Source of the DNA: an uncultured virus (IMG/VR IMGVR_UViG_3300025313_000005)
Lineage: Duplodnaviria > Heunggongvirae > Uroviricota > Caudoviricetes
Virus record (IMG/VR): IMGVR_UViG_3300025313_000005
Length of the DNA stretch: 64,000 nucleotides
Strand: one strand, 5' to 3'
How positions within the stretch are numbered: position 1 is the first letter of the stretch; each line of letters opens with the position of its first letter. Positions 9,765 through 20,472 of the stretch are shown one piece after another. The translations under genes and the position numbers were made by a program. The notes beneath the pieces were generated by a model that was given only the letters and a program-made list of their open reading frames with translations, was not told where the DNA came from and did no database searches.

Positions 9765-10900
9765 GAAATAATCTCCTCTAATTGGTTATTGTATTCTATT
9801 GGTAAACCTATATTAGAACATCCAGATACTAGTGTTGCATTGATGTAATCTATTTGTATATTCTTGGGCATATTATTGTTGATTAATTCTACCGCTACAC
9901 AACAAGCTTCTTCAAGGCTACCGTCAAAGGGTATAGATAAACTAATAATCATTTGTATCCTATTTGTCATTTTGTTCTCCTAATCTATTTTTTTGAATAT
10001 ACTTTGAATAATAACTATATCCAATTTTATAGATAATGCTAAAATTAAAAACCATATAGCATTAAAGTCATCGTGTTTGCTTAAAGAAAACATAGACAAA
10101 CCAAAAAATATAACAAACAGAACCGCTAAGCCCACATATGGTATATATTTCATCATTCCTTACTCCTTCTTTTTTATTGTAGTTAATATATCTTCGAGGA
10201 ACTCAAGTAATTCCCCTTGTCCTTTGTTATCTAATTGATTGATATGTGTTAATCCCTTAACTTTAAGAAAGGATTGTACCACAGGGAAACTATTATTTAG
10301 ATCTGCTAGGGTATTAACTTGATCTGATAGTTTATTTAAATCTCCATCTGTATAGTTGGCTATGTCGAAATTACTCATTACTTCGGAGGTTTCTTTAACT
10401 GCTTTGACGATGTCTTCATATGAGGACATACTTATCACCTTTCTTCGCTATGAAATATACATGGCACATATTGTCTACCTGATTTACCTGAGCGTTTATA
10501 TCCTCGTACTAAACCAGATGGTACTAACATGAGTCTGTCTAATATATAATTAATAGAACAGCATATTGGTGCTTTATTTTTAATAGAGTTCCATATAGCA
10601 GATGGAACTCTTGGTGGAATATATCTAAAATAGTTAGTAATACGATATATGCATCTTGGTATATTTATGGTAAGCTTAAGTCTACTCATCATCTAATACG
10701 CCACAGTTTCTACACCAGTATCCTTTTACTTTACCATTATTTACATATATCATTTCTCCATCACAAGCATACTCCAAACATGCTCTGCTAGGGTAATTCA
10801 ATTTAGACTCTAATAAATTAATATATTCGCCAATGGTCTCCTTGTCACTTCTAGATTCTGTATAAAACTCCATATCATCTAACAATCGGTAATTCCTCCT

Positions 10901-11377
10901 TCAGCTTGCTTCTTGCCCACCTAGGGCAACATAGAGCTTATGTATGTCATGCACATAGTCTTGAGCCTTAGATGGCATACCTGATAGTCTAAACGCCGCT
11001 TTCTTAAGTGTCCCTATGCCACTATAATATGCTGCCAATGCCAGCTCTATATATAGGTCTCTCTTTTTATCTAGTTTCATACCTCCTTCTATAGTATCAT
11101 ACAGCCATTTCATGTATAATATCCCAGCTTGTATATTATATTCTGGATCCAATAAATCACCCATGGGTAATCCATATCTCTGATGTACATCAAAAGCTGC
11201 CATATCCTTAAGTTGAAGTAACCCCTTAGCATTAGATGTACTAACAGCATCAGGATTCATAGATGATTCTCTAAACATCTGTGCTTTAGTCCATCGCCAG
11301 TCAAAAGGTAATTTATGTTGTTTATTATACTTGAGCATTACTGTATCGTATATATTGGGTATTTTGGATATATCCAT
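10901..11377 (-). CDS. lytic transglycosylase (SLT domain)
   Basis: ESS...AVS...AKGLLQL...NIQAG..Y...ALAAY motifs. Confidence 0.88.
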   Translation of the reverse strand: MDISKIPNIYDTVMLKYNKQHKLPFDWRWTKAQMFRESSMNPDAVSTSNAKGLLQLKDMAAFDVHQRYGLPMGDLLDPEYNIQAGILYMKWLYDTIEGGMKLDKKRDLYIELALAAYYSGIGTLKKAAFRLSGMPSKAQDYVHDIHKLYVALGGQEAS

Positions 11378-11978
11378 TAATCTACCTTCCTTCCATATTC
11401 TCTATAGTCTTGAGTTTGATCTATACATTTAGTAGAAAAACAATCTGGGCATATAAAAGATTTAAGTCTTAGGCACATTCCAGCCCCTTCGTACTTTGAG
11501 TTAACTTGTTCATGGTAGTATTCATGGGGTTGCCAGTCGTGATTACATGCGTAGTACTTTGAATCTAAACTTGGCATTTATTAAGAACTCCCTTCTTTTA
11601 GTTTTTCTATTACACTATTTTTAAGTAGCTTAAGATAATCCTGTACTCGGGATGTGTGTTTACTTATATCGGTATTAATTATCATATCTAAGAAAGATAA
11701 GCTAGTTAGTAGCCCTATATAATCTCCTATTATAAACGGAGACATAGGATTACTTGATAGACGTAGTATATCATCTATTACATGCTTACGTAAGGAAGCT
11801 GTCTCTATCTTAAGAGAGTTTAAGGGTATCTTAGGTAGAATGCTTGCATTCTTACGTATAAGCTGACGAACCTTATCTTCTACTGATTTACTTTTAATTT
11901 TACTATTTAGAATAGGCTTATTATCTTCATAGCTCATAACTTACTAAGTATTCCTGCTCCTTTTCTTTCTTATATAAG

Positions 11979-12008
11979 CAAACAAGCCCATTTGACAGGG
12001 CTTGTTTG
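11979..12008. promoter_or_regulatory. intergenic hairpin (terminator or regulatory site)
   Basis: CAAACAAGCCC-ATTTGACA-GGGCTTGTTTG 11 bp stem. Confidence 0.5.
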
Positions 12009-12078
12009 TAGGGGTGATGATATGGCGCTGGCTGCTACCAAGATTATATTATCATATTAAGTAAGATAAGTCAAGTAA

Positions 12079-12375
12079 TTACTTGTCCTCATCTCTTAGT
12101 TTATTACGTAATACCTCAGAGGGTGTAAACTTAACTGTTTTACGCTCAGGCACTACTATTGGTTCCTGTGTTGCAGGATGCAGAGCTGCATGCTCTGGTT
12201 TGATCTTAGTAGAAAATGACCCTAGACTTGTCAATCTTACCTTCTTGCCATCACTTAGAGACTCTACTATTAAATCTATCATTGTATTAATTATTATTGA
12301 AGTTACTACCTTAGGTATATGGGCTCTAGATGCTATCTCACTAATTAGATCTCGTTTATTTAGTATTTCGTCCAT
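12079..12375 (-). CDS. hup: HU/IHF-family DNA-binding protein
   Basis: LNKRDLI...GKKVRLTSLGSF...HPATQEPIVVPERKTVKFTPS. Confidence 0.92.
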   Translation of the reverse strand: MDEILNKRDLISEIASRAHIPKVVTSIIINTMIDLIVESLSDGKKVRLTSLGSFSTKIKPEHAALHPATQEPIVVPERKTVKFTPSEVLRNKLRDEDK

Positions 12376-12771
12376 AAAGAATACCTCTTTTATTAGTTGG
12401 TAAATAATATAATAGCGGATTACCTAGGTAATAGCGGCATATTTGTTGTTTAGTTTAGATTAACATCTATCTTATACCATAGGTTATCATCTTTGCCTGT
12501 ATCTTCGTGATGAGAACTGCAATTATCACAGTCGTGATTACAATCAAGTTCGCCCAATATGTCCTTAGGGGATGTATGTGTGGTTCTATATATTTCAGCT
12601 ACGGCTTTTAAGAGGCTCTCTGCCTCATCAGGTGTCATGCCCATACCCAACATACCAGCTCTAGCTACTGTCATTGATATACCTATACCCGATAGGTAAT
12701 CTATATCATACTTGGCAAACACCTCTGTTATCTCTTTTAATATAGCTCTAAGAGATCCACTATCTAAATCA

Positions 12772-13296
12772 TTAGACATGTTGTCCTCCATATAATACTT
12801 GATATTGATCAGGAAATAATGTCATAAACTGGTGTTTAACATAGGGAAGCTCAGCATAAGCTGGATACTCCTCTACTGTTTGTTCATTATCTCCAAATAA
12901 CAATAAGAATCCCTTCATACACTTACTACATAAAACATACTGATCTTTTTCATAGTTGTATAGATTAGCTATAGTATGCATAAAATAGGCATGTTTAGTT
13001 GCTCCACACCTACCACACTTCTGATTTAATACATTAAATGGTGTGTTTCTAGGGAATGAGGATGTTTTACCGTACACCATCCATTTCTGTACCGTACCCC
13101 AGCATGGGGTACATAATGTATGATAATCCCTACGCATATTAGGATTACCATTATTAGTATACATCCTAACTATTTGGTTCATTCTAGCAGCTACATCTAT
13201 AGTGTTTTGAGTGCTAGTCTCATCAATATCTTTAGGTATGGATACTAGATTTTTTTTATTACACTTATCACATATGTTATTGTGTATTGCCATCAA
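12772..13296 (-). CDS. multi-CxxC zinc-binding hypothetical protein
   Basis: four CxxC pairs. Confidence 0.5.
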   Translation of the reverse strand: MMAIHNNICDKCNKKNLVSIPKDIDETSTQNTIDVAARMNQIVRMYTNNGNPNMRRDYHTLCTPCWGTVQKWMVYGKTSSFPRNTPFNVLNQKCGRCGATKHAYFMHTIANLYNYEKDQYVLCSKCMKGFLLLFGDNEQTVEEYPAYAELPYVKHQFMTLFPDQYQVLYGGQHV

Positions 13297-13822
13297 TCTT
13301 TCGCTCCTTTGTTTTATAATCTACACAAGAAAACACGGGTCCTTGTCGCCACAACAAGTTATATGCTGGTCTAAATACTACTATCATACTAGGGAAGGGT
13401 GCTGCTGATTTAGCACCCTTAAATCTAACACGACCTTTAATAAATCTAACCTCACTTGCTAGGGGTATATATTCTTGAAACCACTTAACATCTGTCCGCG
13501 CAGGTAATAGACATACCACTGTTAAATTGCCTGTCTGCGATTCTTGATATGCTTTAGCTACCCATTTTCCCGTATTTCTGCCATATGGTGGATTAAGATA
13601 TACGGATTTATTAAATGTATTCCCATAGCTTCCAGGGATTAATCCTACCCATGATATTGCAAGCGCATTAAGGGATTCATCTAGGTAATTATTGTGTTTG
13701 TAGTTAGACTCATCCGCAGCCGCATCAAGAGAAAAATTAAATTCATAATCTAATTTACTATATAAACTATCTGGTGTTTCCCAATCTAGTTTATTGGAAC
13801 TAAACAATGCTTGATTTATCAT
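13277..13822 (-). CDS. phage DNA N6-adenine methyltransferase (Dam-type)
   Basis: WETP, FSLDAAA, LNPPY, LLPARTD, GRVRF and APFPS motifs. Confidence 0.92.
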   Translation of the reverse strand: MINQALFSSNKLDWETPDSLYSKLDYEFNFSLDAAADESNYKHNNYLDESLNALAISWVGLIPGSYGNTFNKSVYLNPPYGRNTGKWVAKAYQESQTGNLTVVCLLPARTDVKWFQEYIPLASEVRFIKGRVRFKGAKSAAPFPSMIVVFRPAYNLLWRQGPVFSCVDYKTKERKIDGNTQ

Positions 13823-14241
13823 GTATCTATCCTTAATATGTACTCTGCTATATACTCCATAGCTTGCTCCATGGTTTTTACTATCTTAGTCGAGTGATAC
13901 TCTACCCAGTATCCTAAGTTTTCTTTTGCATCACCATAGAAGACTACCACTGGTATCTCATGCTCCCAGGCATATAATATCTCCATCATAGTTCCTTTAT
14001 AGCATGTGTGGTGTGTGAGATTAACTATTATAGCATCTGAATTTCTCATATCACGTTTATCTCGTGTTACTGCCTCAGATGGCTCGAGAGAACGAGGTTT
14101 GTCTGCATCCATTCCGCGAAGAGGATTGAATGTAGATATGCCATACTTGGCCAAGGCGTGAGAGGCTTTCTCACGCCAGTCCATAGCATCTTCGTAGCTT
14201 AAGTTATCAATACTACCTGATAAATATACTTTACGTGACAT
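13819..14241 (-). CDS. nucleoside 2-deoxyribosyltransferase-like protein
   Basis: VYLSGSI...WR...FNP...D...SDAIIV...GTMMEI.YA. Confidence 0.8.
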   Translation of the reverse strand: MSRKVYLSGSIDNLSYEDAMDWREKASHALAKYGISTFNPLRGMDADKPRSLEPSEAVTRDKRDMRNSDAIIVNLTHHTCYKGTMMEILYAWEHEIPVVVFYGDAKENLGYWVEYHSTKIVKTMEQAMEYIAEYILRIDT

Positions 14242-14446
14242 ATGTTATCCCAATAAGAATCCTTTTATTTTATTATATAAAGTATTAGGTATGTTTATAT
14301 GGGTTAATGCAGACTTGCCAAGTAAGTAACTTGCTCCACCAACTATAAGGCTATGTAATAATTTAGCGGGTAATACCATAAAGGCTAATTGAAATATTCC
14401 TGAACCTATTAATATTAAAGCAATAATTTTTCCTAATATTAATAGG

Positions 14447-14902
14447 TTAACTTTTAAATTCTTCATAACTACCTCCTTGATCTAAGCTTAGTGATATCTT
14501 AACTAGATCGCTAAGCGTTATAACTATATATACTTCTTCGTCTTCTTTAAATCCAAATGGAAGAGCAGATACTCTACCTCCTTCTCCCCTAGCTTCATTG
14601 CTTATTTTATTCAACCATTCTTTCTTGATAGTAATTTGTTGTTTACCATTCGATTTTATAGTTCTTAACTTGCATTCCATAAGAAAATGCTGGTCTATTA
14701 AGTCACCCTTGTGGAAAGCACCACCACTTGCAAGTTGTTTCTTAAGTTTATTATACTGATTTACTACATGGTTTTCAAATATAGTACCACTAACTTTAGA
14801 TATATTTTTGGTATCACGGAAAAGGCGATAAGCTACACATTGTCCACACTTATCTCTGTTGGCGCATGTATTATACTTATCGCAACTCTTCCAATTACTC
14901 AT
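14447..14902 (-). CDS. putative Holliday junction resolvase (PD-(D/E)XK)
   Basis: FE...SGGA..KGD......ECK...ITIKKEWL.KI..EA. Confidence 0.7.
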   Translation of the reverse strand: MSNWKSCDKYNTCANRDKCGQCVAYRLFRDTKNISKVSGTIFENHVVNQYNKLKKQLASGGAFHKGDLIDQHFLMECKLRTIKSNGKQQITIKKEWLNKISNEARGEGGRVSALPFGFKEDEEVYIVITLSDLVKISLSLDQGGSYEEFKS

Positions 14903-15965
14903 ACCTAGTCAGAACCTAGTATTATTTCTTTGAGTTTATTTTGTGCAATACCATATAAGTCCATTGTAGGCAGATCCCGATCTGGGTGTTTATCCTTAAA
15001 CATTGTATGCATAAGTTTTGAAAACTTAGATGGTTCTCCATTTTTATCTGTATGTAATTGATAGCTATAATAATCTTGTACAATAATAGGTGGAGTATTT
15101 AGATTGCATTTTTTACATACACCTATATAATATACTCCATCATTATCATTAAGTGGTGAGTAACACCCACAACCAAGTCCATTTGGTTTAGATATATTGG
15201 GTCCTTCTAGATCAAAATCATGCATTAATGATGGACATGGTATTTGCTTTAAAGTTGTATCACATTTTTGACATACGTATTTAAAAGATAGTGTGCTACC
15301 ACTGTCAACATATGTTTTGGTCCACACATGGTCTTGTAGTTTGCATAATTGTTTGTCCAGGTAATGGTTCTTTATCTTCTTCACCCTCTTTCTTAGTTAA
15401 GTTTATGCCTCTTTTAGCTAACTCGGCAGTATCAGGCTTAAATACTGTCACCAGTATGTTGTCTATACATATACCACATAGCTTTTCACCTATTAATATT
15501 GTAGCAGGTCCACGTTTAATTTTTTTAATTAAAATATCAGGATTCAACATCCTTCTAATAGATGCTTTAGCCTTGCGTGGGGTTGCGTGCTTGTATCCGT
15601 CAACTCGTTGGCGTAGGCGTTTTATTGCGTGGTCACTAACCTCATAACTTTTCATGATGACCTACTTAGTTTTTTTTAGTAGGTCAAAATGCTCTTGGGT
15701 TATAGGTACTATCGACATACGCTTGGGTGACTTACATTTCTGACAATCTAATTGTATCATAGGTATAGCTGGCGGGCGTTTCCCTGTACCAGATTTTTGT
15801 ACTATTCCTGTGTCGTCTGATTGTGTGTACAGAAATGGTAGTTTACAATCTAAACACTCACAAGCATAGAATAAATGTATATCTTCTTTAATTTTAGACA
15901 TAATATTAATATGTACTTGAGGTGGTAATTGCTTTAATAAGTCTATTACTTGGGTACTGTTCATT

Positions 15966-16463
15966 TTAATAACCTCCCATCTTAATTATTCCTAGTTGCT
16001 TCTCGTATTTCTGTTCTAGTTTATTAATAAACTTAGCTATGGGTTCTAAATACCTAACAACTTTCTGTTGTTTGGATTCCAAGTCAAGAAGATTAACTGT
16101 TTTACCCTTAAAATCATAACCTTGACAAGCTTGGATAGCTTGTGCTTTACGAATATCTGCATTTTCTCCACGCTTTTCTATTGTCTTGGCTTTAATTATT
16201 TCCACTAGCCTCCTGGTATCCCACAGTAGTTGATCTGCAACAGCTACTGCGTACATCACGCGTTCTTGTAAGCACTGTAGTTTCTCATATAGTGCAGCTA
16301 AGTCTCCTGGTGTCATATCATGGGTAGACTTAAGTGTGCTTGCTTCATCTGCAAATTCTCCACATATATTCATCCATTGTTGGTGAGAGAATTGTTCATA
16401 ATTAGTAAAGATATTCAAAGTATCGCCTTCTTTTAATTTGTTATATTTATCCTGTAGAACCAA
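15966..16463 (-). CDS. helical coiled-coil hypothetical protein
   Basis: 165 aa helical ORF overlapping the dUTPase stop. Confidence 0.5.
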   Translation of the reverse strand: MVLQDKYNKLKEGDTLNIFTNYEQFSHQQWMNICGEFADEASTLKSTHDMTPGDLAALYEKLQCLQERVMYAVAVADQLLWDTRRLVEIIKAKTIEKRGENADIRKAQAIQACQGYDFKGKTVNLLDLESKQQKVVRYLEPIAKFINKLEQKYEKQLGIIKMGGY

Positions 16464-16923
16464 AACCCCCTCTAGATTCTATTGATGATGTCTCATCTAC
16501 TATAATAATCATGGGAGTGATATATGTCAAGCATACTAGCTGGCATATGCGCTCTCCTCTGGGTATTATAACTGGTTCGTTACCCATATTATATAGGGCA
16601 GCTTTAACTTCGTCATTGGGTCCACGATAGCTAGCATCTATGACACCTACTGAGTTTGTCATAATAAGGTTGTATTTAGAAAACAGACTACTTCTTGGAA
16701 ATAAAAATGAACCCATCGGATCTATCAATTCTTTATTGTTGTATCTTTCACCCAGGAATACTATAACATTAAGTGGTACTAATTGCATGGTGTGTGGTTG
16801 AATAGTAATATCTAAACGACTATATAAATCTATACCCGTATTATCTTCAGTTTGAGTTGGTATAGGCAAACCTTTGTCTATTAACCTAAAATTAATTTTT
16901 ACTATATGATAGTTTATCTTCAT
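16447..16923 (-). CDS. dut: dUTPase (trimeric type)
   Basis: GIDL, PRSS, GVIDASYRG, ERICQL and RGGFGSTG motifs. Confidence 0.95.
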   Translation of the reverse strand: MKINYHIVKINFRLIDKGLPIPTQTEDNTGIDLYSRLDITIQPHTMQLVPLNVIVFLGERYNNKELIDPMGSFLFPRSSLFSKYNLIMTNSVGVIDASYRGPNDEVKAALYNMGNEPVIIPRGERICQLVCLTYITPMIIIVDETSSIESRGGFGSTG

Positions 16924-16936
16924 TTAGCCTCCTAAT

Positions 16937-16963
16937 AAAAAAAGAACTACCAAAAGGTAGTTC
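16937..16963 (-). terminator. rho-independent terminator
   Basis: GAACTACC-TTTT-GGTAGTTC stem followed by a T7 run on the minus strand. Confidence 0.7.
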
Positions 16964-17001
16964 CTCCTATGTAAATATGTTGTATCTAATTGTTTTGTTG
17001 A

Positions 17002-17061
17002 CTAGCCACTACATTTTTTAAGTGGATGGTGTACATTACCACACTTTCTACAAACTGACAT
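17002..17061 (-). CDS. 19 aa zinc-finger-like microprotein MSVCRKCGNVHHPLKKCSG
   Basis: translated by hand; AGGGGTG RBS upstream and terminator downstream; below the ORF-track cutoff. Confidence 0.45.
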   Translation of the reverse strand: MSVCRKCGNVHHPLKKCSG

Positions 17062-17090
17062 ATCATATCACCCCTATATATATAATAGAG

Positions 17091-17333
17091 TTATGTGACG
17101 CCATTAGATGGCAGCTCATTATCCTTTTTACATCCATCCTTACATTCATCTATAAGCCTCTTATAAAAGTAATAGTATAGCTGAAAGAATTCTTCCTCGT
17201 TATATACTCGGTTTTTACCCTTACGTCTAGCTTTAGGGATAGCACCAGAACGCTCTAAACGGCGTATAGTAACATTACTTACACGAAGATAGTATACAAC
17301 GTCAGCCAACCCTATTTCCTTCTTCTTAGCCAT
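17091..17333 (-). CDS. MerR/Xis-like helix-turn-helix protein
   Basis: VVYYLRVSNVTIRRLERSGAIP...RVY. Confidence 0.75.
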   Translation of the reverse strand: MAKKKEIGLADVVYYLRVSNVTIRRLERSGAIPKARRKGKNRVYNEEEFFQLYYYFYKRLIDECKDGCKKDNELPSNGVT

Positions 17334-17335
17334 GG

Positions 17336-18316
17336 TTACTTTGTTTTCTGAGCGTTTTGATTTAGAACTATAGTTTCCTGAGCAGCAAGTGATAGATTTT
17401 CTTTAGCTAATACTAGATGATTAATGAACTCACCGAGCGTACTTTGTTGTTTTTGTCTCATAACATATGATGGATGATAAGTAGGAACCACTACTATTTC
17501 TTGCCATCTAAATGGTTTACCTGCCTCAGTTAATATACCAGTATTCTTGGGTTTTAACAATCTTAATATTGTATTACCCATAGCTATGATTACCTCAGGT
17601 TTGTTCAGTTTAATAAGCTCCATAAGAAATGGAGCACAGTTAACTATTTGCATATTAGTAGGTGGGTCGTTGTTCTCCGATGGTCTACACATCACCGTAT
17701 TGGTTACTAGTATCTTGGTGCGATCTATATTAGCTTTCTTTAAGCACTCATCTAAGAGATTGCCTGAGGTTTTAAATAGGTCTATTGTCTGACCACGAAT
17801 ATTTTGGGAAGAATCATGTCCATAACCCATACACGACTTGGTTATATGACTATCTGCTTCGCCTAAGAACCAACCATAACATCCCTTAACATTAACACAA
17901 GACATGCAATCTTCTTGTCTTGGTGATTTAGCTTTAAACTCGCGTTTGCCAACTAGTGGTATACCCTTGAAGTCTTCTGCCATCGCAGGAGCCTCACCTA
18001 TTATCATAAGTGGACTTACCCATTTACCATGAGGAGGAACTGGTCCTCTATTAATGCATTCAAAAGTACAGCGCTTACATGCTAGAGCGCGTTCATTAAA
18101 TTCTTCCTGTTCGTTGTTGTTCTCAATAACCAGAGGTTGTGCAGGAACCTGCACAACCTCTTCCTTGGGTTCTTGTTTGTTTTCTCCGCGTAGGAACTTA
18201 AATACTTCATAAGATATATGATCGCATACATCCTGTGTTGCTCTGTCGCTACCTACATAATTAGGGAGTATTTTATGAAAGAACCTCCTAAGGGCCTTAA
18301 AATTTGGTACAGCCAT
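17336..18316 (-). CDS. uracil-DNA glycosylase family 4 (Fe-S type) with a Cys-rich insertion
   Basis: CxxC, IGEAP, TNTVMCRP and PTYHPSY motifs. Confidence 0.88.
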   Translation of the reverse strand: MAVPNFKALRRFFHKILPNYVGSDRATQDVCDHISYEVFKFLRGENKQEPKEEVVQVPAQPLVIENNNEQEEFNERALACKRCTFECINRGPVPPHGKWVSPLMIIGEAPAMAEDFKGIPLVGKREFKAKSPRQEDCMSCVNVKGCYGWFLGEADSHITKSCMGYGHDSSQNIRGQTIDLFKTSGNLLDECLKKANIDRTKILVTNTVMCRPSENNDPPTNMQIVNCAPFLMELIKLNKPEVIIAMGNTILRLLKPKNTGILTEAGKPFRWQEIVVVPTYHPSYVMRQKQQSTLGEFINHLVLAKENLSLAAQETIVLNQNAQKTK

Positions 18317-18339
18317 CTAATTATTTCAACCCCTTTATA

Positions 18340-19431
18340 TCAGTATTCGTTTTCCTCTTTTTCGTCCTTATTGATTTCTTCGCCTACTGTTCCTGTTAGT
18401 TGACGTATTAAATCATCTATCTTATTGCGCATATCTAAATTTGTTTCTAGTAATTCATATAAAGCATCTCTACCGCGAGCTATAGGTTTAGTGTTATTAG
18501 GTAAATAAAACATACCTCCACCCTTCATTGTAAGGATGTTATATATCTTAGCTGTTTCTATTAATTCATTGATTAGGTCTATACCCGTACCATTTAAGAA
18601 TCTAAATTCAAACTTATTGCCACGAGCAGGGCTTACTTTAGACTTCTTAATTAATCCCTTTACAATATATCCTATTTGTTGATTGCCCTTTTTAATAGGT
18701 TCGCCAGGACGAAACTCTACACGTAGCTTAGCGTAGTGAGGTAATGCTCTACCGCCCGTAGTTTTATATTGGACAGCCCCAAACCTACCCATCATACCAC
18801 CCATCTGCTCTCGTATCTGATTAATAAATATAATTGACGTGGGATTCATCTTATTGTTGTACATATCAATGGATAGTTTATTTAAAAGTATACTCATGGC
18901 CAGGGCTAGTGCTCCTGTTATATTAGTATCAGCACTATTCTCATCTATTTTCTTAGGTAATAATGCACTAACCGAATCATACCCAACTAAATCAATACGT
19001 GCACTACGCAGATAAGCACATACATTATCTGCTGATTCCTGAGCTGTACGAGAGCGCAATAGGATTAATTGATCATTGTTGATACCATGTATAACTCCCC
19101 ATTCAGGAGTATATGATCGCTCAGCATCCTCTAGGATCACTATACCTCCCCTCTTTTGTGCTTCAGCTATAGTCTTATAAAGTACTAACGATTTACATCC
19201 ACTTGGTGGGCCAAAGAACTCGGCTATAGTACCACGAGGTATACCCCCTACTAACGTAGCCATATCCATCGATATTATTCCTGTTGAAAAGGAGTTTGGA
19301 GCGAATAACTCCTTTGGTGCTGATGATGGAATTATAGCTGTATATTCGCCATGCTGTTTATTAATGTGATCTGTTACTTTACTGGCTAATTTTAATCGCT
19401 CTTCTAGACTAAGTTCTGTTTCTTCTTTCAT
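18340..19431 (-). CDS. recA: RecA/UvsX-like recombinase
   Basis: GGIPRG, variant Walker A GPPSGCKS, DAE, YDSVSAL, IFINQIRE and TTGGRAL. Confidence 0.93.
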   Translation of the reverse strand: MKEETELSLEERLKLASKVTDHINKQHGEYTAIIPSSAPKELFAPNSFSTGIISMDMATLVGGIPRGTIAEFFGPPSGCKSLVLYKTIAEAQKRGGIVILEDAERSYTPEWGVIHGINNDQLILLRSRTAQESADNVCAYLRSARIDLVGYDSVSALLPKKIDENSADTNITGALALAMSILLNKLSIDMYNNKMNPTSIIFINQIREQMGGMMGRFGAVQYKTTGGRALPHYAKLRVEFRPGEPIKKGNQQIGYIVKGLIKKSKVSPARGNKFEFRFLNGTGIDLINELIETAKIYNILTMKGGGMFYLPNNTKPIARGRDALYELLETNLDMRNKIDDLIRQLTGTVGEEINKDEKEENEY

Positions 19432-19453
19432 GCTATCACCTCTGTGGTTCTGT

Positions 19454-19918
19454 TTAGTCTGCTATTAACGGCATGTCATCATAGATAGATAAATCTATCT
19501 CTGTTGTTTCTTCTCCTGTTTCAACTTCTATTATTGGCGCTTTCTTAGGTGCAGACTTAATAGCGTTAGATATATTATTGGTATTTTTGCGAGGAACTGC
19601 TTGATTGTTCTGTTTGGGTACTACTCCTATAGACGCAGCATTGATAAGAACAACAGTACTCTGTGCTCCAGATCTATTTGTGTACTTACGTATTGAAGGT
19701 GTGCCTCTGACCAATACACGATCTCCCTTTGTTATACTTTGTGCAAGATCGCGTAAGTATTCTGACCATACTTGTACAGCATACCAATCTGGTTCTTGGT
19801 CTTTGCCATTTGATACGGCTACCGAAAATGTACCAACCTCACTATTATTGGGACTTACTTCATAGCTTCTACCAACAAATCCTTCTATGAAAATCTCTGA
19901 ATTTTTAACATGTGACAT
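19454..19918 (-). CDS. ssb: single-stranded DNA-binding protein
   Basis: OB-fold FSVAV...W..V..W...KGDRVLVRG; acidic tail ending DDMPLIAD. Confidence 0.9.
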   Translation of the reverse strand: MSHVKNSEIFIEGFVGRSYEVSPNNSEVGTFSVAVSNGKDQEPDWYAVQVWSEYLRDLAQSITKGDRVLVRGTPSIRKYTNRSGAQSTVVLINAASIGVVPKQNNQAVPRKNTNNISNAIKSAPKKAPIIEVETGEETTEIDLSIYDDMPLIAD

Positions 19919-19936
19919 ATTTTATCATCCTCCTAA

Positions 19937-20472
19937 TTATATATTACTTGAAATATCAATTACGTCAAGTTGACGTAGCTTATTCTTAAGATAATCCAAA
20001 ACCAAATCATATACTTCTCTCTTTTCTTGTTCTTGTCCACACATGCAAGCATGTTCTATTCTATCTGCAGAGCCATCTTGGATAGCTTCATTACAGTAAT
20101 CTATTCTACTACCATGTGAACTCTACTACCATGTGAACTAGCCCATTTCATTAAGTTATGGGTATATGGATCTGCTTCTATATGGGGTTCATCTAGCCCG
20201 TTTTCAGCTATGTCATTGATAGCATTATGTATAAATTTATATTTGTAATCATCAGGGAACATATCGCTATGCGCTTCGTGTACCATTTCTCTAACCCACG
20301 ATGGCGTACCATCTTTACAACATACTATATACTTATCTGTGTTATGTCTTTGTTTTAATTCAAAATATTCACTCACTTCTAGGGCTAGTTGCTTTAAGCA
20401 GATCACACACGCGTCCTCATCTATTTCTTGACCACATTTATTGCATATCAAATTCTCATACATATTACTCAC
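19937..20472 (-). pseudogene. hypothetical gene frameshifted by a 17 bp tandem duplication
   Basis: CTACTACCATGTGAACT at 20106-20122 and 20123-20139; removing one copy gives a continuous 172 aa ORF. Confidence 0.7.

Noticed and set aside
6564..15384. C-termini HVAMGL (6564), KGFLLG (14245) and EIILGS (14905) as box-family members
   Set aside because: They fit the TP-x4-R/K spacing poorly; too weak to include
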